From assembly GCA_964035575.1 (NCBI GenBank), contig OZ037838.1, forward strand, positions 1,116,001 through 1,180,000: a DNA stretch of 64,000 bases, written 5' to 3'. The position numbers and the translations under genes are program-made. This stretch comes from Rhynchopus sp. YZ270_cl-10. Its lineage: Eukaryota. Under the pieces are notes generated by a model, which was not told the DNA's origin, did no database searches, and was given only the letters and a program-made list of their open reading frames with translations. Positions 33,416 through 47,257 of the stretch are shown here, piece after piece. How positions within the stretch are numbered: position 1 is the first letter of the stretch; each line of letters starts with the position of its first letter.

Positions 33416-36400
33416 ATGCCAATTACACGAATGATTTTGAAAATGCTGCTGACCTGCCTTCTGGCGGGCGTGGTGTCTGCCGTCAAGCCGGTGGTGAACA
33501 GCTGGAGTGCCTACAGTGGGGACATAAACCGCATTGTTGACAGTGTCATTTGTTGCCGTGGGTGGGATGCCGGCCACATATCAGGATGGGGAACGCCCAA
33601 CTGGGTAGTGTTTGACTTCGGTGCCTCCCCTCCGACGTTGGACACCTTTCACTTCTGGTGCACAGGGGACGGCACCCACGACGTAAACCTGTGGCGTCTG
33701 GAGACATCCGCCAGTGCAGCTGGGCCGTGGTCCACCGTTGTAACTGACAACGGTGCCACCGTGGACACAGAACAGACAGCAATGTATGCTGCGACAGCGT
33801 CTCGGTACTATAGGTTCTACATTGCAAGTCGGTACAGCAGTTACCAGGCGTGGGTCAGGGAGATTGACTTTTCGCTGAGCACAGCAACACCTGCACCGAC
33901 AACACCGTTACCTACAACACTGTCACCGACAACAGCTGCACCACCAACACCTTCACCACCGACACCGTCACCGCCAACACCTTCGCCACCAACACCTGCA
34001 CCACCAACACCGTCACCGCCAACACCTGCACCACCAACACCGTCACCGCCGACACCGTCACCACCGACACCTGCACCACCGACACCGTCACCGCCAACAC
34101 CTGCACCACCAACACCGTCACCGCCGACACCGTCACCACCAACACCTGCACCACCAACACCGTCACCGCCGACACCTTCACCACCTACGCCATCGCCACC
34201 GACACCGTCACCACCTACACCTGCACCGCCAACACCGTCACCGCCAACACCTGCACCACCAACACCGTCACCGCCGACACCGTCACCACCGACACCTGCA
34301 CCACCAACACCGTCACCGCCAACACCTGCACCACCAACACCGTCACCGCCGACACCTTCACCACCTACGCCATCGCCACCGACACCGTCACCACCGACAC
34401 CTTCACCACCTACACCTTCACCACCGACACCGTCACCACCGACACCTGCACCACCAACACCGTCACCGCCAACACCTTCACCACCTACGCCATCGCCACC
34501 GACACCGTCACCACCGACACCTTCACCACCTACACCTTCGCCACCGACACCGTCACCGCCAACACCTGCACCACCAACACCGTCACCACGTACACCTGCA
34601 CCACCAACACCGTCACCGCCAACACCTGCACCACCAACACCGTCACCACCGACACCGTCACCGCCAACACCTTCGCCACCGACACCGTCACCACCGACAC
34701 CTTCACCACCTACACCTGCACCACCGACACTGTCACCGCCGACACCTTCACCACCTACGCCATCGCCACCGACACCTTCGCCTCTGACACCGTCACCGCC
34801 AACACCGTCACCACCGACACCTGCACCACCAACACCTTCACCACCGACACCTTCGCCACTGACACCTGCACCCGCAACACCCATGCCAAGCACACTCACA
34901 CCGACTACTACTACGCCACTGACGTCTGCGCCAGTTACGCTTGCTCCAGTGACGTCCGCACCAGCAACACAAGTGCCAGCCACAACTGCGCCAACCACCT
35001 CTGTGTCAACAACTCCAGCACTGACATCCGCACCTACACCGGTGACACCTGTGCCAAACGGGCAGACGACACCTGCACCAATTGCATTTGTGGCGAGAAC
35101 AGATGCACCTACACCGGCAACACAGGACGGAGCAACACAGTCGCCAGGGGCAGTGAGGCCAATGACGACGGCACCGGGAGTCGTGCCAACCCGCACCCCG
35201 CTCACCGAGGTTCCTGCAACAGGCACACCGCCGAGGACACTTATACCAGGAGCGCTGACTTTCGCACCGCAGAGCACGGTTGTGCCTCTCCCAGCGGGGA
35301 CTGCCGTGGGTTCGCCTTCTCCTCTGGGCCCTCTGACACCAGCTCCAGACACACCTGAGGGTTCTGCAAACAGCGCGTCTGCTAAGCCGAACGCAACCCA
35401 CCGCACACACCCGTACACGCCGCCTTCGTTCGTTTCCTATGGCGGGGCTGTCAGCGCCGTGATGGGGTCACCTGTTGGGATGCGGCTTGCGTTGCTGTCG
35501 ATTGGGTGTGGGGCGGAGAAGGAGTTTCCGTGGTTCTTCCACCCGCTTGGCTTTAGTGTGTCGGGGAACCTGGCGGCGGGCGCTGTGATGGGGAACATGC
35601 TGCTTGTGACGGTGGTGGCGGTTGTGTGCGTTGTAGCGGCGACGCTGCTGCAGCAGTTCCCTGACACGTTGCAGAGGTTGTTTAAGAACCGTGATGCGTT
35701 TGGGTTGGTGAAGTTTCCCACTGCGCCGTTGGTGGTGTTTATGTGTTTGTACCAGGGGCTGTCTTTGGGGGGGATGGTGCTCACGGAGCACCCTCCCACG
35801 AGCGGCTTCTTCTTGCTCGGCGCGACAACGACGATAGTGTGCTTGGCACTCCCTTTCTGCGCACTGCGCTTCGCACACCACAACATCCCCTCGCAAGCAA
35901 GCTACGAGCCTGTCGAGACACGCAAAGGCCGTGTCGTGGTGACCTTCCTCCTCGGCCCTGGGGAGTGGGTCAGCCATCAGGACACATTCCGCTTTGCGTC
36001 GCGCTTCACATGCATCCTACGCCCCTACACGCAGACCGCAGTATGCCACCTCCCCCCTCTGACACACCCCACTACCCTCGCCAGCCATCTTATTGTTTCC
36101 CTCTCTTTTAATCACAACAACAGTTTTTAATTTCCCACCATCCCATCTTACTCAACTCTCGCATATGCACCGCTTTCTTTCCTTTACCTCCTCTCTCCCC
36201 TCCCCTCCCCTCTCCACAGGCAGTGTACTACGCCTGTATAGACCTCTATGCGAGCCTAGCGTTGTCCGCTGCGTCAGCATTGGACACATCGAACTCCATT
36301 CAGTGCGGGCACGTCAAGACCGCGCAGGCTTGCGTTCTCTTTGGCATGCTTGTGGTTAAGGTGTGGGTACACCCCTTCAGCAGAGGACGTGACGCGATAG

Positions 36401-37017
36401 TGCACTTTGTTGTAACGTTCACGCAGATGGCAGCCTGCGGTGCGATGGCTGCAGGGTTCTACAATGGAGCCAGCGAGGGGGACATCTTTGACCTGGCGAC
36501 GAGCCTCCTTCTTGCTTGCTTTGCGATTATCCTGGCCAAGCTTGTTTGTGATGTTCTCTGCGAGGTTCATGTATTGTGCTCAGGAGAGAGGGGGCGTCTG
36601 CAGAAGGAAGTCTTCGCGAGGGATCGTTTCCAGCAGCAAGCGTCCTGCAGTGCGCGGAGCTCGCAAGAGGATTTGACGGAGACCTGGATGATCGGGCAGA
36701 GTGATTGGCTGGCGTCGACAATAACGACGCCGCGGCTGCAGCAGGCGGGCAGCCGTACGAGTCTGCTCGCACCCTCAGAGGCGATCCCGACCACACCTAA
36801 GTCCCCGGCGTCGAGCCTCGACACATCCTTCCCTCTCCTCAACGCGACAACGGCGTCGTGGCAAGGTACCCGCAGCACCGCAGCCTCGCCCTACGGTCGT
36901 GGCCGTCTCCCCAAGTCCCGCTCTGCCCGCAGCAGGTCCTTCCTCAGTGCAACCGACCGCCCCGCTTCGCTAGTCTCCCTCCGTGAAGAGGGACTGCATG
37001 ATACTCTGAGGGTCTGA
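33416..37017 (+). CDS. Surface protein: signal peptide, F5/8C (discoidin)-like domain, PT(S/A)P stalk, multipass membrane region; exons 33416-36040 and 36220-37017
   Basis: Hydrophobic N-terminus; WVVFDFG and [13 protein letters not shown] motifs; phase-0 intron GTATGC...polypyrimidine-CACAG (36041-36219) joins ORFs 33191 and 36223 in frame; start could be a slightly later ATG. Confidence 0.75.
33938..34870 (+). repeat. Coding 15-nt minisatellite ([10 protein letters not shown])n
   Basis: Units of the type ccaccgacaccgtca with third-position variation. Confidence 0.95.
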
Positions 37018-37765
37018 ACAAAAGGCGCTTCAATTTTTTGGGTGAATACTAGACACCATGGTGATCACCAAATGTTTTTATTTTTTTTTTGATAATAAAA
37101 AAGGCGTGGAGTTTACACGAAAGCACGGTATCAATTATTCAAAAAAGTCAAAAAATAAAGATAGATGTCCCTCTAGAGAGAGAGAGAACGATAGAATGTA
37201 TGACGTACTTTTGAGGAGCATAGGGGGTAATTCTGCGCAGAATATGGCCCCAATGTGTGTGCGTTGTTGTGACCGTGCTTAAAAGGTAATTTCTTTTTTA
37301 CCATTGTACCACTCGTGTCCATTTTTCTTAGGGAAAGCTCCATAACCATTGGGGACTTTGGTGCCTTCATTTTTGGACAATTTGGGACTTTTTTTGCACG
37401 ACTCAATCAATTTTTTTTTGTTTCGTACCCCCTTTCCTTTTCCTTTCCCTTTTTGCTGTGTACCCCAACCGGACCCTGCATCTCACAGAACTAATTTGCG
37501 AGATATCTGTGTACAATGATCCCCGTTCATGAGGAGAAGCTGGAGCAGGGAATCATATTAAACCACGAAATAGATGTAGGACTGCATGGTTGGGGTCCAC
37601 CCCACGGTGCACCACGGTCACGTACCAAAGTACACTGGTCACGAGAGGGCTATTGTAATTTCAATTCGAATTCTCTTGTCGTGACTAAGGACTTAGGTGT
37701 ACCAAAAATCTTTTTGTGTTGTACTCAAGGTATAAGATAAACGATCTGCTCTGAGAAAATATTTG

Positions 37766-37836
37766 AAGCAATATTTCCCCGAGGGGGAGGTGTCAACCCT
37801 TCGTGCTTGACGTCCCCCCCTAAAGGGAAATAGCTT
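37766..37836. repeat. Short imperfect palindrome with TTCG centre
   Basis: aagc..tatttccc..aggggg..gtcaa / ttgac..ccccct..gggaaatagctt. Confidence 0.65.
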
Positions 37837-38011
37837 TGATATGTTCAAAGAGTTTATAATTTTACGGAAACCCTGGTTTTCAAAACCAGAAACCAGATCC
37901 TACTGAATACCCTGGTTGTACTTGCATCCTTTTGAGTTCGTATTTTGATTGCGGTGGTTACATGATAAAATTATTTATTGGGGGAGGAAGAGAGAGTCTT
38001 TGATTATCTGA

Positions 38012-38054
<43 letters not shown>

Positions 38055-41000
38055 ATATTTTACGGTACGGATACTCCGATTGTAGTTGCGTTTGTTTCCT
38101 TTTTTTTTTGAAAAGTTGGTAGTTTTGTTGTTGCTATTCTTTTTTTTCATTTGCGCAACGCATCCCGCTTTTCCTCTCCTTCGATTAAGGGGGGGGGGTT
38201 TCATTTCCACTCCCCCCGACGGTGAAGTAAATGACTTTGACTTGTATTATTAAGTTGTTAGCCCTGGCGGCTCGTGTGGAGTTTTACTGGAGGTTTCACC
38301 GGAAGACAGACAGAGCGATTTCCACAGGTGAAACCATAAGGAACGCCACATGTCAGGTCATTTTGCTTCATTGTCGTTTTACGTGCGAGCTTTTATTGTT
38401 ATAGATAGGGTGGTGGTGGTGGTGGTGGTGGTGCTAGCCTTGCATACTCGCTGTATCGCTGCTATCGTGTATGGTAGTGTGTGGTAGTAAAGGCTTGTTG
38501 TTGTTATTATTTTAGTATACCAATCACTGTCCATCGTATAGGCGCGTATAGCGCGTAAAGGCTGGGAAAAATGGGTGGGGTTTGGCCTATACGGGCCTTT
38601 CCGCGCCTTTACGCGGGGTAAAAAATCAGGTGGATTATTGGCAAAAGAGGATAATAAAACTGATGGAAGGTGTGTTTCAGCAATCAGAGGAGGGGGTGAC
38701 TGCGTGCTCCATCCCTATTTTTAAAAAAAAACGTTTATCGGAAAGTGCCTGAAGGTTCCTGCAAATTGTGTCTTTTTTTTTTCTTCCAGTATTTGTCTGA
38801 CCCACACTTCACACACTCATACAATGAAAAAAACCCAACAATTTTTGCAGAGCGATAAACGGAAAAAAAAAAAAAAATGGTTGCTATCTTTTTATTCACT
38901 TTGTTTTTTCCTGAAGTCAGATTCTATTTGGATCATATTGTTGTGAAAGCGTCGATTCTCTTTTTCACCCCGTTATTGATGTGTGGAGACATCTGTTGTG
39001 TGTGTGTGTGTGTGTGTGTGTTTTTCTTTTTCAAGGTGACTAAGCACAAAAGTGTTTAGGTTTGTCTTAAGTTTTTTGTGCATTTGTGGTCAGTAATTCC
39101 GTTTGGATATTTGTTGACCCAAAAAAATAATTATGTATTCCACACACCCCCCTTTTCCCCTTATTTGAAGCTGTATTGTGCAGGAAGACCTCTGTCATCC
39201 CTTCAGTTTTCTTGAATGAAAAAAAAAGCACAAATATCATCTTTTCGAGTTTATTTTTTCCCAGTGCCCTGCGTCCGCCGATGCACGGTGAGGCGTTCGC
39301 ACTTTCAACGTCTTCCTCTCCCCTTTTTTTTTGTGCGTTCGTCCAGGGCTGGCATCGCACAGTGGGTCAGTCGGAGGCGTGACCATTTGAGTGCTCAGAA
39401 TGACCGAATCGACCCCTTTTTGTTGTGGAGAGACTTTTTTTCGATTTTGATTTGTCCTTTGCAATCATGTATTTTTGCTTTTTTTTCATTCTTCTTTTCA
39501 ACAACAACAAACATAAAAAGAAAAAAAAATTATAGTGGAGTTCATCCTCGGGTGTCTACACTAATACAACCAAGTTTTCAAAAAAAAAAAGCAAGGGTAC
39601 ATTTTTAGCACCCTCTGTACCTTCTTTTCGTCAGAAAAGAATGTATATGAGACAACATTCTTCTTTTCGTTACCTCTCCAACTTGTGCGGCGAGGGAGCC
39701 GTCTGAGGTTGAGGATTTTTTTAAAGATGTGTAAAGAGAGAGACACATTCATCGCGTTTTCTCTCTTTTTTTTTCTTTTTTCGTGTAAAAACACTTGTTG
39801 TATTCACTTCGATTTTAATCTTACTTCACTCTGCACCGATTGAAAGCGCTGATTCCTTCGGGTCTTTCGTACATCTTATATCCTTCCCGTTTCTTTCCCG
39901 TTAGAGGCTTTACTTACACAACATTCCAATATCAATCCTGGGTTCTGGTGCCAGGGTTCCCTTTTTGCATGCGTTTCCTGTGAAATGCCTGCTCATCGAT
40001 CCACAATGACACCAAAAAAAAAAATTATATCACGCACACACCTATCGGTGGGAGGTGACAACCACAGTGCATGCACCTCTCACATCATACCCTTTAATTT
40101 TGTCTTGGCACAAAAAAAAGAGTGCGTTTTTTTTGAGAAAAAAAAACTGTTCAGTTGTTTTGAACGGAGACATTTTATGTAGGGTTCAAAACACAACCCA
40201 TGGAGAAGCAGTGCCCTACGTCTGTCCCGGTGTCCGAAGCGTTTTGCGCTTTCAACTTCTCTTTTATCGATCTTTTCTTTAAATAGGTCGAATGCAGTAG
40301 ACAGGGGAAATGCTACGGTAGCTTTAATTGTTTTCACCCTCATTTATGCTCTTTCTCGCACATCAGCATCTGTACTTCATGACTTTCACTTTTCTTACCT
40401 TTTTTATTTGGCTCTGGTGAAAGCGTACAACTAACAAACTCTCCCCCTGTTTTTGTTTCCCGTTTTCCTTGTGTGAATATAGCTATTGACACCGTAGTAT
40501 TTCCTCAGTACTCTTTTTATCTTTTTTTTTTTGTGTCCCCTCTTTACCTTCTTTTCGTTTAGAAACGAAAGTATATGAAATAATTTTTTTGTGACTAAGC
40601 AAACACAGCTGGGGCTTAGGATCGTCTTGCAAATCTTTTCTCGTTCTTCTTGTTCATTTGTATGTGTTTTATTTTCTTTGCGTGATTTTTTTTTTTTTTT
40701 AGATTTGGTTCTTTCCGATTATGTTTCCTTTTTACACAGTGTACGAAAACTGAACCATGAATACTGCCAAGCGGCACTTTGTTTCTTCACTCTTTCTCCT
40801 TTAGCGTCACACCAATGGCTGTCAATGAAAAACAAACACGGTAGGTTAGTGAAGACAAGTGGCGAAATGTTTGGTTCATTTTCTCATATATATTTTTTTC
40901 CTTTTCAAGATGCAAGACTTTGTGCATCCATGATCCTGTCCTTGAGACAGTTTAGGGCCAGTATTTTGTTAAGTACAGCCTGCAAAAAAGGTGCGAAGGT

Positions 41001-41100
41001 TCGAGAAGTTTTGTGAAAATGTATCCCAGATTTGCATCTGTATTACGTGGCATCTGCAGGGGAGGCGATGGGGATGATGGATCGTGGGATGAGATACGTG

Positions 41101-43923
41101 CACGGTGGCCCATTCCTACCCTTAGGGTAGGGTCCGCGGGGGGTACCCCATGGGGTACCCCCCAGACTACCCCATGGGGTACCCCATGGGGTACCCCCCA
41201 AATCTGAGGGGTACCCCATGGGGTACCCCCCAGACTACCCCCGGGGGTACCCCATGGGGTACCCCGCGCGGACCCTGACTGGCACTGGGGGTACACAGGT
41301 ACACAGGTACACAGGTACACAGGTACACAGGTACACAGGTACACAGGTACACAGGTACACAGGTACACAGGTACACAGGTACACAGGTACACAGGTACAC
41401 AGGTACACAGGTACACAGGTACACAGGTACACAGGTACACAGGTACACAGGTACAGCCAGAGTGCCAGAGTCAAGGGTCCGCGCGGGGTCCGCCCCCCGA
41501 TGACATAACGAAGTATCGCTTGAAAATACCGTTCAATATATGTTGCTTGGTGTGCATGAAGAAGGACACACAAGGTATATCAAACGATAAATCAATCAGA
41601 TAAACGTTACATCATCGGAAAATTGTTGGCACCGCCCCCCTGTCTTCGTATTTATTACCCCGTCGACAGGCCAAACAGCGTTGGGCTCAGAAGAAGCAGT
41701 GCAAGACAGTCACTGGGGATCAACATGAGAACCAACTCCCAACAACACAGGCTACCGAAGTAGCAGGTGGGGTGTTGCGGGTGTTTGGGGTGAGAAAATC
41801 GATTTTGGTAAGTTGCAGCAGAACATTCTTAAGTTCGCACTAGTCGAGAGAGGCTTACCCGCTGCAGTGAAGCAGTGCACCCATTTAAGGGTGGAGAAGC
41901 GTGACACGCACATACAAGTATGTACGTGACTTCAACAAAGGCTGAATTCTGGTAATTCTAAGGGATGTGAATTCAGCCACCACGCAGGTAGTGTTTTAAG
42001 GTTCCTCGCTTTGTGCTGCACAGCGGACTCATGACACAAAGGAGTTGCCCCCGCTCTCTTTCGCGCAAACTTAAGAAAATTCTGAAGTAACTACAACCTG
42101 GCGTGCGGGTACAGATGCATTGCTTTGTTCTTTCCTCAAAGTCATTTCTGATCTCTCGGGTCTGTACTACCGTCAGTGTTTAGATAAGCATCCACTTGAC
42201 TCGTTCTAACAACCGTTGAAATCTAGAACAAAACAATACACTGCCCCTTCTCACACCAAGCCGCCATGCTTCAAGAGCATGCCCTGGGCAAAAAATACTG
42301 TGACAAAAATTGGTTTTCTGGGGGAACGCGATATTTTCTTGTGCCTACTGTAGTCCTCCGCAAGAGCAGAGGACAGACTTTCCGGATCCCGAAGTCGAAT
42401 TTTTTGCACTAGCTATGCTCCCTGGGTTAATGGCTATAGCAGTGACTGACTAAGAGTTTCATAATAATTGGGGCGGTCTATGGGGTGGGTTAATGGAAAA
42501 ATTGGTTTAAAAACCCAACTTTTGCGGTCCCCACCCGGTTTGCAATAATTGCACCAGCTCTATCGGCACTGTTTCGCTGTCACGATGAAGGGTCGTCGGT
42601 TCGGGTACCTGTTGAGAGAAATTGAGTGCAAAAGTAGAGACTACAACAAAAAAAATCAAACAAACAAACAAGAAGCCGCTCCGTACCTCTTCCATGCAAA
42701 AAAGAAAGTAAAAGACTGCCCTTCCTCAGTCCGGAAGTAGCACCTCATCCGGTTCCCTGACGTAAAAGAGTTGTAGAGGTTACGAGATGCCATGATAAAA
42801 AAGTAAAAGTGACAATTTTGACAATAAAAATATGCTTCGATTTACATCCGAGCGGGACAAAGGCGAAAAGGGGGAGCGGGGGTGTAAAAACCGGGGCTTA
42901 AAAACATACCTTGCAGCACTCGCTCGGCCTACTCTCCAGGTACGAGAACATCACTGCACGAACAATCCCACTGATACTGATACCTGCATTCTATTTGTTG
43001 CCACATGGTAAAAATGACCAAAACTTCGACCAATTTTTTTTTTCTTCACAATTTGCTCATTGAGGCTTTGTATTTTTTGGGCCATTTATGACCTACCACG
43101 CCCGATTTTGGGCGAGAAGAAAAAAAAATTTGGGTCAAAAATCGACGCGTCTTTGGTAAAATCACGACTTTTCGGGCGCGAAACTACGTTTTAGACCCCC
43201 ACAGATGCTCAAAAGTGCCAAATTTTGCTTTTAATGGCCTCAAAGGATCACGGGAGCACCCCTCGTAATTACGAGGGCTCCCCACGCCGTGACGTCGTCA
43301 TTGCGCGCGTAATTTCCGACGTATGCGGGCGTGGTTGGTCATAAAATGGCCCAAAAACCCCAAACAAAACCTCAGATTGACCAAATCGAGGAAAAATTGT
43401 CAAGTCGAAATTTCAGCCAAAATACGGTCATTTTGGTTATACCCCGCGGTGTATGCAGTAGCTAGAACACGTACACAGCTAAGTTCCTAAGCGATTTCCT
43501 TCACATTTTTCATGAAAAATTGGTCAAAAATCGACTTGTCTTTGGTAAAAAAACCACGAAAAATCGGCTGCGCAAAACCACGTTTTAGACCCCCACAGAT
43601 GCTCAAAAGTGCCAATTTTTGCTTTTAATGGCCTCAAATCGTCGAAATTAGGCCCATATAGGGCAAAAAAAAATTTTTGAGAGTCCCTTTCCCTGGGAGG
43701 CAATAGCCACCGGGTGTGCAGGGGGTACCCCTCGGGGTACCCCAAACCCCCCAAAGGGTACCCCGCGCGGACCCTACCCAACCCTGTGGGGTACCCCCTG
43801 GGGTAGCCCACGCGAGGGGGTACCCCCCGCGGACCCTACCCTGTGTGGTACCCTACCCTGCGGGGTACCCCTTTTGGGGGTACCCCCGGGGGTACCCCCA
43901 AAAGGGTCCGCTGGGCCACCGTG
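41101..43923. mobile_element. 2.8 kb non-autonomous TIR element, CMC (CACTA/Mirage/Chapaev)-like
   Basis: TIR cacggtggccca / tgggccaccgtg; TG on both sides; 25-bp subterminal inverted repeat agggtagggtccgcggggggtaccc; GGGGTACCCC arrays at both ends. Confidence 0.8.
41291..41450 (+). repeat. (GTACACAG)20 perfect minisatellite
   Basis: 20 exact units. Confidence 0.97.
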
Positions 43924-45240
43924 TGGATCTTTTTTTTTTTTTTTTTTGCAAAATAAACGAAACCACATTGAGAGTCTGCCGTTTCTCGCCCTGCCGACCC
44001 TTTTTCCTCTCCTCCCCTTCTTCTTCGCTTCGCTATACAAATGGAAAATTCCGATTCTGGGTCGGTCACAAAATTACGGAACACTTTAACTATTATTTTT
44101 GTCTTTCTTTTGTTGGAGTTAGGCCAGCTTCATTCCACACGAGAGCTGCCACATCCAGGGGTGAGATGTGCTGCCTGTCAATGACTTCTCGAGGTGGCCT
44201 TTGCACTTCGCGGTTAGCCCCGAGGGAAGACACCCTTCTTCAGAAGCCAGGTAGAGAATGCTTCCCCTTTTTTTCAAAGTTTTTCCCCGGTATCACATAT
44301 GATACTGATTTCCATGGATACACATGAAAAGGAGTTCCGTGCTATTCACAGAACTCGATAGGCGATTGAGCTTATCTAACAACAACCAAAACAAAAGAAA
44401 GTACAAAGAAGAGAATAAAAAATGCAGGAAAAATAGACAAAGAGAAAAACAAAGAGATTTTGACAAAGTGAACAATAAAACTATCGTACAAAATCATAGC
44501 GGGCCATTTAGGCTTGGGGTGGAAAAGGGTGTGTGGTAGCGTGTTTTTCGAGCGGTTGTGAACCTCCCCCGTTCTCCTAGGGTGCGGAACACTCGAACGT
44601 CCCAGCCCTTTGCATGAGCACGACCGAGCGTAGTACGTTTCAACTACTCTTTTGTTTTGCGTCGTTTTGTCTCGCAACTTTGACGTGAAGTGGCGGTGTG
44701 TATTGTTTTTTTCTTCTTTTTGTGCGTGAAACAGACATCATTATTTCAAGTTCAGTTTTTTTGCTTTTGTTTCCCTTCTTTAAAGGAGGTCCACACATTG
44801 CGAGGCAGGTTCCGTCTTATAAAATTTATCACCTTTTTTTTATTTGATCACAACTGCCGCCCCTCCACCGTTACTGTCGTGCTCTTGCTCCCCATCTCCC
44901 CATTTCCGCCCTTTTTGTTTATGCTACCAATTTATTGATTGCATACGTTGGAATACTTTGTTTGCTTCTGGAGTGGCTTCAATGCAAACTCAAGCTCACA
45001 GAGGTTCAGGGACGCTTTTTTCTTGCAGCGTTTTGCTCTCCCAAAAAAAACATCGGATTTTTTTTTTGTACGAGTATGCAATACGTCTGGAAATGAAAGA
45101 CGCGCTCGTCGATTGTCATGAGTTTTACCGTTTTCCCCTTCCCCCCTTGTGCTCCACCTCTCCACCGTACTTCAGGACGCGGGTTTTTCGGGGTTTTCGG
45201 GACTTTTGGGGTTTGAAAAAAAAAAAAAAAAAAAAACACG

Positions 45241-45823
45241 CAACGCCGCGGGTGTAGTGAATGTTGAGATGTGCCTAGCCATGCATGAGGTCCCCTTTAT
45301 CTGCGTGTCGGCGGATGCGGACGTGGTACAGTTGACAACCCCAATGCAGTTTGTTAGCCAGGTGAAGTCTCTGATTAGGGAATCAATGATCATTGCGAAG
45401 ATACGGGAGCAGTGCCCTGCCGAGTGCACGGACCGGAAAAACCTGCGGAGACTGATGTCAATACCGGGCGCTTGCGACATTATGCAAGCGATCGCGAGGC
45501 GCGTAACCTTGCAGAGGAACACGAAGGCGACGTGCAAAGTTCCTCACTGTGGTGCTATTGCGAATGCTGAACACATCCTCTTATGTAACTCGCAGTCCCA
45601 CCGACAAGTCCTATCAAAGTACGCGGATGTGACAAAGGTGTACCCGGCCCCCCCTACAGTCCAACAGGTACTTGCGGATTTCGCAACGAGGTGCGTGCCA
45701 ACACTCATGTTAGTGTGTGAGCGGTTAAGAGTGCAGGAGACAGACGACGTGACGATGACGGAATGGTGCGATGGGCTCCACAAGTGGCTCATGCTACGGC
45801 TGGAGTTCCGGGAGCGGACGTAG
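45241..45823 (+). pseudogene. 5'-truncated ORF with a CCHC-like motif, possibly the 3' end of a non-LTR retrotransposon
   Basis: CKVPHCGAIANAEHILLC; begins abruptly after a poly-A run; coding-like GC content. Confidence 0.4.
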
Positions 45824-46576
45824 TGGTAGGATATTGTCAGTGTGATGATTAGTGATTCAACCCACCCCACCCTCACCCCCTCGTTAATATTCCCCCCCCC
45901 CCCCTACACAGCATATACGCTTGACACACTCATTATTACACCCTTTTAATGGGGCAGCGGTCTTCGGACAGGTGAGTGGCGACACCTCCCTTGCGAGCTA
46001 TCTGAAGCAGAGGCAGAAGTCATATTAAGGCTCTGCGCCTGCTCAGTGTAACATCATCCTTGCCTTTCTTGGTTCCCCCCCCCCTTCATCCTTTTCCCTA
46101 CTTCAGGGCAGGAACTTTCCTGTAACCTGCAACCACCTTCACGTGAATATGGAATATAGTGAAATCTGTGAAGAAATAAAAGTTACTCTTAAGGGTTGAG
46201 GATGATCTGCGTCTATACCTTCTGTAGTACATAGGCTTCGGCCGTCATTGAGTACAGATCGTTATACCGGTAGGTATAACGTGATTGTCGATACAACAAA
46301 AAAAGTGCGGACGGTTTCACAGGGCATTTCAATACCACCAAAAGTGCTGTGTGCTTTTCCTGAAGTACGGACGAGGATGGATGCGATCAACAAACAACAA
46401 ACAACGAATAAATAAAGAAGGGGGAGTATTTCATTTTTTTTTTTTTTTTTTTTGTGCTGCCGCTGCCGCACTGTTGATGGTGACTTCGCACGAAGTACTC
46501 TGGCTCCAACTCTTCTCTTATTGTTGCTCTTTTTTTATTTCTTCTGACACAGATGCAGGGATGCCTCACCCTTGCT

Positions 46577-46607
<31 letters not shown>

Positions 46608-47257
46608 CTTCCTTTGCCATGCTGTCCTCTAAATCGGATTTAGGATTCAGGATTTTCTATAAGAAAATTTTATAAGAAAATTTTATTCTTGCCGGTGAAA
46701 AAATTTTCATATGGATATGGGGCAGTGTCTTTTTTAGGGAGGTCGGAATAATTTCCTGGTAGAACCGTGGTTGAACCACGGGAGTTCCCTGGGGAACTGA
46801 GTTGCTGACCGCACCGTGAAATCCCAGGCTGTCCCCTAATTTTTTTTGCCTGCGGCGCCATTATTTATTACTTTTTGCTCCGAAAAGGTTTCGTTGACTG
46901 ACTCTGTAGTGTAAAAAGCTACATTTTACACCGTACCCTATTATTTTTTCGCCTGCGGCGCCATTTTGTGTTATTCCTTTTCCTCCGCACAAGGAAAATA
47001 AAATACAGTCCCCTATGTTCCCAATGTCTTCGCTGATCAGAACTGAAAAACATCTTGGGGGAAACACAAACTGACCCCAAAAATCTTGAAATCTGATTCT
47101 TGGATAAGGCACTGTGGTGGGGAGAAAAATGTGACCACCCCGCACTGCGGGCCTACACCAACAAAAAAATATCTTCTCCTGTTGTGTGCGAAAAATTTTC
47201 GCGCGCAGCGCGAAAATTTTTTTTTCTATAAGAAAATTTTGAGATTTAATAACTATT

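Noticed and set aside
33841..35418. 525 aa Gly/Val-rich minus-strand ORF
   Set aside because: It is the antisense of the PT repeat
39346..39416. tRNA-like sequence with A/B-box resemblance
   Set aside because: I could not fold a cloverleaf; at most a degenerate SINE head
40952..41573. YLCTCVPV repeat ORFs
   Set aside because: They are translations of the GTACACAG minisatellite
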